A stretch of DNA of 28,433 nt, from contig JAWCPB010000012.1 in the NCBI GenBank assembly GCA_038870455.1, forward strand, positions 1-28,433. Reading direction: 5' to 3'. Positions 17,431 through 23,984 of the stretch are shown here, piece by piece. How positions within the stretch are numbered: the stretch's first letter is position 1; every line of letters begins with the position of its first letter. The notes below the pieces were generated by a model. That model ran no database searches, had not been told where the DNA came from, and saw nothing but the letters and a program-made list of their open reading frames with translations. Both the position numbers and the translations under genes were made by a program. The DNA comes from Candidatus Micrarchaeia archaeon (GTDB taxonomy: Archaea > Micrarchaeota > Micrarchaeia > Burarchaeales > JACRGF01).

Positions 17431-18234
17431 TTATTTAAGCCCCATCACGTCTTCCATGCTGAATATCTTTCCAGGTTTCCTGTTTTTCTGGAGCCACAGC
17501 GCGGCCTCGAGCGCCCCCCGGGCGAAGTCGCTGCGGTTGTACATCAGCGTGCCTATAGTGAGCCTGCCGTGCTGCCCGACCACCCTCACCTCGTGCTCGC
17601 CGGCAGTGCCGCCCAGCCTCAGCACGGCCATGTCAAGCTCGCCCTTCACCCTCTCGCGGAGGCCCTCCCCTCTGTAGACGATCTCTCTCGCGGCCCCCAC
17701 CCCAACGATTTCCCTCGCGAGTTTCTTCGCAGTCCCGCTGGGCGCATCTTTCTTCATGACGTGATGCTCTTCGATGATGCCATAGTCATAGCCGTAGGGC
17801 GCGAGTATTTTCGCAGCCTCTCTGGTCAAGTAGAATTGGGCATTCACCAGCGGGGAAAAATTGGGCGCGATCACCGCGCTGGCCCGGCTCCGCCTCACCC
17901 CCTCCTCGATTGCGCGCAGCTGCTCTTCAGCAAATCCCGTCGTGCCGATGACGAGGTCGATGCCTTTTGCCGCGATGCGTGGTGCATAGGCGGCATCTGC
18001 ATTCGGCGCGCTGAATGACACAACGCAATCCACCCCCACCTTCAGCGCTTCCTCCAGCCCCTCGCTGCTCAGTATGATAACGTCGGTTCCCGGTACGCTT
18101 TTTCCCAGCTCGGGCGCGTTGGGCCTCTCGAGCGCGCTGACGATTTTGATTCTGTCGCTGTAGCTCGCCAGCGCCTCGGCTGCCACCGCCCTGCCCATGT
18201 GGCCTCCCGCGCCGAAAACGCATATTCTGAGCAT
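17431..18234 (-). CDS. dapB: 4-hydroxy-tetrahydrodipicolinate reductase
   Basis: GAGGHMG, VIGTTG, APNFS, EEHHVMKKDAPSGTA, GEHEV. Confidence 0.95.
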   Translation of the reverse strand: MLRICVFGAGGHMGRAVAAEALASYSDRIKIVSALERPNAPELGKSVPGTDVIILSSEGLEEALKVGVDCVVSFSAPNADAAYAPRIAAKGIDLVIGTTGFAEEQLRAIEEGVRRSRASAVIAPNFSPLVNAQFYLTREAAKILAPYGYDYGIIEEHHVMKKDAPSGTAKKLAREIVGVGAAREIVYRGEGLRERVKGELDMAVLRLGGTAGEHEVRVVGQHGRLTIGTLMYNRSDFARGALEAALWLQKNRKPGKIFSMEDVMGLK

Positions 18235-18247
18235 GCTTTCACCGGAG

Positions 18248-18676
18248 CTACTTTTTCTCCCACGCCTTTAAAACTATCTTGGTGTCCGTGGCCTTCACCC
18301 GCGGAATCCTCCTTATTTCATCCACGGTCGCATTCACTTCCTCCACGCTCTCGCCTCCCACCACCGCGACCAGGTCGAACTCTCCAGTAATCTCGAGCAC
18401 GCGCCTCACCCCCGGCAGCGAGGCGATGCGCTTGGCCACGCTGCCGGTCTGGGCTCCTGCCGCCACAGAGACAAAGCAAAGGGCGTTTACCATCCCTTCT
18501 TCCGCAGTCTCCACGGTAAATCTCTTTATCACGCCCGCGCTCACGAGGTTCGCAATTCTTTTCCTGACCGCGCCCTCGCTGACCCCGAGCCTTCTTGCTA
18601 TGGCCGAGTTCGAAGTCCGCGCGTTTTCGCGCAGTATTCGGAGCAGTTTCGCATCGAAATCTTCGACTTTCGCCAT
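18248..18676 (-). CDS. Lrp/AsnC-family transcriptional regulator (LysM-like)
   Basis: DAKLLRILRENARTSNSAIARRLGVSEGAVRKRIANL HTH; ITGEFDL RAM-domain motif. Directly upstream of dapB. Confidence 0.93.
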   Translation of the reverse strand: MAKVEDFDAKLLRILRENARTSNSAIARRLGVSEGAVRKRIANLVSAGVIKRFTVETAEEGMVNALCFVSVAAGAQTGSVAKRIASLPGVRRVLEITGEFDLVAVVGGESVEEVNATVDEIRRIPRVKATDTKIVLKAWEKK

Positions 18677-18702
18677 TTTCTCCCAGAAATAGTTGCGGAA
18701 AG

Positions 18703-18711
18703 TTTTTTAAA
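18703..18711. promoter_or_regulatory. TATA box between divergent Lrp and cupredoxin genes
   Basis: CGGAAAG-TTTTTTAAA lies about 22-27 bp from both starts. Confidence 0.55.
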
Positions 18712-18732
18712 CCACTGGGAGGTAATGCCCGC

Positions 18733-19158
18733 GTGGGAGGGCATCCAGCAGTTTTGCTCGCGCTTTTCTTGAGCGGCTGCCCGCAGTACGCGCAGCCGGC
18801 GCAGCCCGCCGCGCCAGCGCCGAATGCGACCCCATCAACCCCCCAGCAGCCAGCGACCGCAATCACGCACACTGTTGAAATCACTTCCTCAGGCTTCTCG
18901 CCCAGCCTCTTGACAATCAACGCCGGCGATACCGTTGTTTTCATCAACAGGGACTCCGCGCCTCACTGGCCTGCGTCCGCCGTTCATCCCACGCATGCGG
19001 CCTACCCCGAGCCGGGCGGCTGCATCGGCAGCAGGTTCGACGCCTGCAAGCCCTTGGGGCAGGGCGAGTCGTTTTCCTTCACTTTCAACCGAAAGGGCTC
19101 GTGGGCCTATCATGACCACTTGAACCTCGGCGCCACCGGAACTGTTGTCGTGCAGTGA
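18733..19158 (+). CDS. Cupredoxin/plastocyanin-fold lipoprotein with atypical metal site
   Basis: LLALFLSGC lipobox; Pro/Ala linker; VEITSSGFSPSLLTINAGDTVVFIN...GESFSFTF..KGSWAYHDHLN..GTVVV. Start uncertain (GTG 18733). Confidence 0.8.
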   Translation: MGGHPAVLLALFLSGCPQYAQPAQPAAPAPNATPSTPQQPATAITHTVEITSSGFSPSLLTINAGDTVVFINRDSAPHWPASAVHPTHAAYPEPGGCIGSRFDACKPLGQGESFSFTFNRKGSWAYHDHLNLGATGTVVVQ

Positions 19159-19167
19159 GGAGAGCGC

Positions 19168-19416
19168 ATGCCTGTCATCGACACTGTGTTGGGCATCAGG
19201 CTCGTGTGGCTTCTCGGCATAACGAACATCATCACTCTCCTGCTCGTCCTGCTTTCCTGCAGGTGCCTGGGCGGGGCGAAGGTCGTCGAGCGGCTGTGGC
19301 GGCACAGCTGGTACCAGAGGTTCTACCGCCTGCACTGCTATTGGTGGTGGTTGTTCCTCCTCTCCGTGCTGCTGCACACCACTCTCGCTTTCCTTGTTTT
19401 CGGGCTTCCGCCCTGA
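19168..19416 (+). CDS. Small 2-TM membrane protein with SCRC and H-x13-H motif
   Basis: 82 aa; GAGGAG RBS; two hydrophobic helices; FYRLH-x13-H. Lies 9 bp after the cupredoxin stop. Confidence 0.75.
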   Translation: MPVIDTVLGIRLVWLLGITNIITLLLVLLSCRCLGGAKVVERLWRHSWYQRFYRLHCYWWWLFLLSVLLHTTLAFLVFGLPP

Positions 19417-19417
19417 G

Positions 19418-21265
19418 CTACATTCTCTCAGGTGCCTCTATTCCCAGCAGCCCCAGCCCGATCGCGAGGACATTCTTGGCCGCCTTGACGAGCGCCAGCC
19501 TCGCCGCCCTCTCGCCCGCCTCCGCCTTGAGCACAGGAGCGGCGTTGTAGAACTTGCTGAAAGCATCCGCCAGCTCAAGCAGGTAATCGCAGATATAATG
19601 CGGCCTGTAATCGCCCGCTGCCCTCGCCGCCTCGAGCGGGAACTTTGCCAGCAGCCGCAGCACGCGCTTTTCCTCGGAAAGCTTCAGCGTCTTGGCATCG
19701 GGCTCCCCTGCTTCCCCACCCGCCTTCTCGAGTATCCTGGCCGCCCGCGCGTGCATGTACTGGATGTACGGCGCGGCGTCTCCCTCGAAGCTCAGCGCCT
19801 CTTCCCATGAGAAGACAAGCTTTTTCTCTGGCGAGAGGCGGACGAACCCGAACTTCACCGCGCCTATCCCCACCGCCCTCGCAATCTCCTCTTTTTCCTG
19901 CTCGCCCATGTCCTTGAACTTCTCCCTCACTTCCTTCCTCGCCCTCTTCACAGCCTCCTCTATAATCTCGTCCGCGGTGTAACCGACCCATGTGCCGGCC
20001 CTCCCGGAAAACCTTTCTTCGGGCAGGGTCGCGTGCTCGTAAGCCAGATGCACCGAGTTCCCTGCCTGTTCGGCGAAGCCTGCAAGCCGCAGCACCGCGG
20101 CGATGACTTTCTGGGGGTAAATCTGCTCCGCTCCGATAACATTCACAACAACATCCGCCTTTCCGAACTCTTTTCTCTCCCCCTCGCCCGCGGTGGTATA
20201 GAGGACCTTGCCATTGGGCTGCTCCATGAATTTTTTGAACTTGAAGTCGGCCTCGAGCAGGCCGAACTTCCACATTTGGAAGGCCGCGTCCTTTCCCGTA
20301 TAGGTCGCCGTGCCGTCCGCCCTCACAAGCACCTTGTCAGGCGACTCCATGCCCGCGAACTCGGGCAGCCTCTCCAGCTTTGCAACAATGCAGCCCGCGT
20401 TTTTTCCTCCCTCTTCCTTCACAGCCGCCCCGCTCTCGAGCATCTTCTCCAGCCCCCTCTCGAACAGCCCGCTCCGGAGTATGTCGCTCTCCCACACGAG
20501 CACATCGTGGTATATCCCGAGGTTGAATGCCGTCTGGCGCTGTGCGGCAACGCACTTCTCGCACAGGCTCCGGGCCTCGCGCGCAATCTCATTCCCCCCC
20601 TCCTCCATGCTCTTGACTATCTCGCGGACAGCTTTTTCCACTCTCGGCTCCTCGCCGAACCTCTTGGCCGCCTCGACGTACTCGGCGCCGAGCCAGTGGT
20701 CAGCCTTTCCCACGATGTTGCGGTTTATCTTGAGGTAGCCCCACACGCTCTGGGCCACCTGCAACCCCAGGTCGTCGATGTAATCCTGTCTCTCCACGGC
20801 ATGGCCGGCGAATGCGAGCAGCCGGGCCACGCAGTCACCGAGCAGCGCGTTCCGAAGGTGCCCAGCGTGCCAGGGCTTGTTGGGATTCACGCTCGGCCAC
20901 TCCACCAGCACCTTCTTGCCTGTCGGCTTTCCCTTCCCGTAATCTTTCTCGCCCGCCTCGTGCAGCACGGCCTCCCAGACTTTTGCGGACAGGAAGAAGT
21001 TGATGTAAGGCCCCTTGCACTCTGCCCTTTCTACGAACTCGTTGGGTGGAATCTTTGCGAGAACGGCCTTCGCAACCTCAACGGGGTTCTTTCCTTCTCT
21101 CTCGGCTATGTCGAACGCAATCGTGCTCGCCAGGTCGCCGAAAGGCTCCTTCGCTTCCTGAACGCTTGCCAGCGCTTCCCTCTCGTAGCCCTCCCAGCCC
21201 GCGCTCGCGCACCCCTCGGCCACCAGCCTGCCGACAGCCTGCTGCGCAGCCTCCAGAGCCCACAT
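19418..21265 (-). CDS. argS: Arginine--tRNA ligase
   Basis: FGDLAS, GPYINF, SVNPNKPWHAGHLRN (HIGH variant), RADGTATY, FSGRAG, PYIQYMHAR, C-terminal ERM. Confidence 0.97.
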   Translation of the reverse strand: MWALEAAQQAVGRLVAEGCASAGWEGYEREALASVQEAKEPFGDLASTIAFDIAEREGKNPVEVAKAVLAKIPPNEFVERAECKGPYINFFLSAKVWEAVLHEAGEKDYGKGKPTGKKVLVEWPSVNPNKPWHAGHLRNALLGDCVARLLAFAGHAVERQDYIDDLGLQVAQSVWGYLKINRNIVGKADHWLGAEYVEAAKRFGEEPRVEKAVREIVKSMEEGGNEIAREARSLCEKCVAAQRQTAFNLGIYHDVLVWESDILRSGLFERGLEKMLESGAAVKEEGGKNAGCIVAKLERLPEFAGMESPDKVLVRADGTATYTGKDAAFQMWKFGLLEADFKFKKFMEQPNGKVLYTTAGEGERKEFGKADVVVNVIGAEQIYPQKVIAAVLRLAGFAEQAGNSVHLAYEHATLPEERFSGRAGTWVGYTADEIIEEAVKRARKEVREKFKDMGEQEKEEIARAVGIGAVKFGFVRLSPEKKLVFSWEEALSFEGDAAPYIQYMHARAARILEKAGGEAGEPDAKTLKLSEEKRVLRLLAKFPLEAARAAGDYRPHYICDYLLELADAFSKFYNAAPVLKAEAGERAARLALVKAAKNVLAIGLGLLGIEAPERM

Positions 21266-21323
21266 GAAATGCTATTAACTATTATCATCTTAAATTACTG
21301 CGTACGGGGCTGTGTGCTAACCT

Positions 21324-21510
21324 GGTAACCCTTTTGCCTTCGGCAAAAGCGTTAACGGAAAAGGGCCAGAGTGCTTCCGGGTTCGGGTAACCCTTTTCTT
21401 TCCCGAAAGAAAAGCGTAACGGAAAAGAAAGGGCGTTTGGAAAAACCCGGCGATCCGAGCGACCCTTTTGCCGGCGCTCCGGCAAAAGCGTCAACGGAAA
21501 AAACGTTGAC
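21324..21510. repeat. Three tandem degenerate hairpin + mirror-repeat units (potential intrastrand triplex elements)
   Basis: Consensus ACC-CTTTT[stem]loop[stem]AAAAG-CGT(Y)AACG-GAAAA, with hairpins starting at 21331, 21393 and 21465. Stems differ in sequence but are perfectly paired. Confidence 0.88.
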
Positions 21511-21575
21511 ATGGTCCGGAACTTCAAATCTCGGCAGCCCCACGTTTTTTATACCAGAAAAGCGTATGCAATGGT

Positions 21576-22823
21576 GTGGGAGTAAACAAAACCATCAGGC
21601 GAGAGGGGGTGCGGCCGGAGCTTCCGACGCACGGGGCTCGGCCCCTCGTGGACAAGCTTCCCCTTGAGAAAATCATAGAGGCTTTCCGGGCTCACGGCGG
21701 AAAGCGCGGCATCAAGCTTATTCGAAAAGCCTATGCCTTTGCCAAAGAGAAACATCGAGACGAATGGCGCGAGGACGGCTCACCCTTCATTTCCCATCCG
21801 GAGTTCGTGGCTTTGCGCGTGGCCGAAATCGGCGGCTCTGCTGAGCAGGTGAGCGCGGCCCTGCTGCACGACATCATGGAAAATCAGGGTGTGGGGTTCG
21901 GCGAGCTGAGAAGGAAGTTCGGAGAAAAAGTAGCCCGCATCGTGGTGCAGCTCAGCAAGCCAAAGTACACCGGCCAAGGGTGGATTTTTGCAAGCCACCC
22001 CCGCTATTCCCGCGTGGAGAACAAAGCCGCCTACAAGGAAAGAAGCGATGTGTATTACGCCTCGCTGCTCAAATCCGATGCATTCGAGGCCATCCCGGTT
22101 AAGATATTTGACAGCCTGCACAACCTGCTCACCATGCAGAGCGTGCCCCAGAGGGAGAGGAAGAGAAGGCTCGACGTGTTCGAGGAGCACATAGCCTGGC
22201 TGACGCAGAGGCTCGACCCCAGCACCTATAATCTCATTGCTGAACAGTTCAGGGCTCTCGGCCGTGACGTGCCTTCGGTGAGCACCGTTCCTGAGGTAAA
22301 GGGAAATCCCATCACAGAGCTGCCGCCGAGGGCGTGGCTGACTGAGCAGGATCTCGCAAAGCTTCCCCTCCCATCTATCGGCATAAGCGTGTACGCCGAG
22401 CTCAACCACCTGCTGGTCACCGACCGGCTGGAAATCGGGTTGCCCAACCCGAGGCTGCTGGCCGGCAAAACTTTCCTGGAGGAGCTGCGCGCTTTTTTTC
22501 CCGATAAGGAGATAACGGAGGGAAAGAGCCTGCTGCCCCCCGGCATGGCTGCCTCGGAACAGATTTATGTGGTCAAGGGCTTCCGCCCTCCGGAGGCAGG
22601 CGCCCTCATATCGCTCCGTGAGGCGATTGCGGAAATTCGCGATAGCTCGGGCGATGAGCCCGCTTGCATTCCCATTAACCGCATTCACCGCTACATTCTT
22701 GTTGAGCCGCTCAGCGAATACCGCCAGAAGACGCTTGAGTCTTATAAGGATTTTGTCCGCAGGCTGATGGTTTTCTTCGACGAGCACGTGCGCCCGCACA
22801 CAGATCCACAAGCACATTTTTAA
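21576..22823 (+). CDS. RelA/SpoT-type HD hydrolase domain fused to unknown C-terminal domain
   Basis: AYAFAKEKH...R.DGSPFISHP..VA...AALLHDIMEN...FGEKVARIV..LSK...VKIFDSLHNL. No synthetase domain. TTTTTTATA at 21545-21553. Confidence 0.85.
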   Translation: MGVNKTIRREGVRPELPTHGARPLVDKLPLEKIIEAFRAHGGKRGIKLIRKAYAFAKEKHRDEWREDGSPFISHPEFVALRVAEIGGSAEQVSAALLHDIMENQGVGFGELRRKFGEKVARIVVQLSKPKYTGQGWIFASHPRYSRVENKAAYKERSDVYYASLLKSDAFEAIPVKIFDSLHNLLTMQSVPQRERKRRLDVFEEHIAWLTQRLDPSTYNLIAEQFRALGRDVPSVSTVPEVKGNPITELPPRAWLTEQDLAKLPLPSIGISVYAELNHLLVTDRLEIGLPNPRLLAGKTFLEELRAFFPDKEITEGKSLLPPGMAASEQIYVVKGFRPPEAGALISLREAIAEIRDSSGDEPACIPINRIHRYILVEPLSEYRQKTLESYKDFVRRLMVFFDEHVRPHTDPQAHF

Positions 22824-22848
22824 TCTGTTCTCGAAAAATATTCAGCAG

Positions 22849-22935
22849 GCGGGGGTGTCAGAGCCTGGTCAAATGAGTAGGCCTCAGGAGCCTATGCCTT
22901 TAGTGGCTGCGAGGGTTCAAATCCCTTCCCCCGCA
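22849..22935 (+). tRNA. tRNA-Leu (anticodon CAG), no encoded CCA, no intron
   Basis: Acceptor GCGGGGG/CCCCCGC+A; anticodon arm TAGGC-CTCAGGA-GCCTA; long variable arm GCC-TTTAGT-GGC; T arm GAGGG-TTCAAAT-CCCTT. Confidence 0.97.
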
Positions 22936-23960
22936 CTGGTCTCGAAAGGATCCGCCAAAGACGAGTAGGGCCGCCCAAACAGATCCATAAAGTATCGCTC
23001 AAGACGCGCTATGCTTATCAGACAATGGCGGAGATTTTCGGTGGCAAACGCATAGCTGGCCAGCGTCGGCCCGTATTCTTCATCGTATTTTAGTCCCCTC
23101 TTTTTGGCTTCTGACTCTGCATTGAGGTAGTCTTCGAGGAGGTGCTGCAGCTCATGCTGAAACGCAGCTCGCGAAGAAAAGAATAACTTGGATTCCCCTT
23201 GCACATAAAAACCTTTGAGAGGAGACTCAGCGCCTACATGCTTGAATTCATAGAGATGCAGGTCAAAGCCAGGAATATCCTGAATGTCTATGCACGCTTT
23301 TTTCTTCAGCCTCAGCAATGTCCTGTATCCCTTATAGTTGTAGATGTAAAGGCCTTGCTTCTCCAGAGCTCGATTCAACGTGTCCAGCGCATCCTGCGGC
23401 TTGCGCGATTTCACGGCTTTGAGGGCGCTTTCTTTCACAAGGTCAGGCCAATCCACCATTTCAATTGCCTTCTCCGCCACCTCTTGGAAAACTTTTTCTT
23501 CAAAAGATGCGCAGAGCTTGCTGCAGGCTTTCAGCAGCTCTTTATCTGGTTTTTTCAAGACCTCCATCTCCAACGGCTTTTCTCTTTTCGCGGCAAGCGA
23601 CAGCGCCAGGTAAGCCGCGTGCGGCATTTTGCGTGAGAGGAGGAACTCGAAGTATGCTGATGGCTCATCCGCCCTGATGCTCACTTCAACGAGCAGCTTC
23701 AGTATTTTCGCATTATACTCCACAACCTCCCGGCCGCAAACATCCAAAAAAGGATTGTCCTTCACCTTCTTCTGGAATGCCTCCTCAAACATCCGTGTCA
23801 ATTTCTCCCTTTCCTCCCCCTTCACTCCCTCTAGAGACCGATAGGTCTCTTGCACGATTTTGTCGACCGCTTCAGTTTTCACGATGCCCTCGACTAGCGG
23901 GACCGGTGGTCTCATTTTTACGTCGGCCTGTTCGCACGCCCGCTTAAACGCCAATCTCAT
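22917..23960 (-). CDS. Hypothetical protein with HExxH (possible zincin-like metallopeptidase) motif
   Basis: GGAGGTGA RBS before ATG 23960; AFQHELQHLLE followed by DEEY. Stop codon lies antisense inside the tRNA T-loop. Confidence 0.7.
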   Translation of the reverse strand: MRLAFKRACEQADVKMRPPVPLVEGIVKTEAVDKIVQETYRSLEGVKGEEREKLTRMFEEAFQKKVKDNPFLDVCGREVVEYNAKILKLLVEVSIRADEPSAYFEFLLSRKMPHAAYLALSLAAKREKPLEMEVLKKPDKELLKACSKLCASFEEKVFQEVAEKAIEMVDWPDLVKESALKAVKSRKPQDALDTLNRALEKQGLYIYNYKGYRTLLRLKKKACIDIQDIPGFDLHLYEFKHVGAESPLKGFYVQGESKLFFSSRAAFQHELQHLLEDYLNAESEAKKRGLKYDEEYGPTLASYAFATENLRHCLISIARLERYFMDLFGRPYSSLADPFETSAGEGI

Positions 23961-23984
23961 TGATATCACCTCCGTGTCGCGCGC

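Noticed and set aside
18595-18732. Longer cupredoxin N-terminus, or an ATG 18725 start
   Set aside because: The extension overlaps the Lrp gene and promoter; ATG 18725 is out of frame and stops after 15 codons. A frameshift cannot be excluded.
21324-21510. CRISPR array
   Set aside because: Only three units; the repeats are not identical (variation lies inside the palindrome); periods are 62 and 72 bp; no cas genes in the window.
21324-21510. T-box or attenuator leader of argS
   Set aside because: No T-box consensus seen; T-boxes are bacterial; the array lies upstream of the likely argS TATA.
21285-21755. Short ORFs across the repeat region
   Set aside because: Low-complexity translations of the repeats, with no RBS or recognisable motifs.
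21576-22823. Full-length RelA/SpoT
   Set aside because: No synthetase, TGS or ACT motifs are recognisable.
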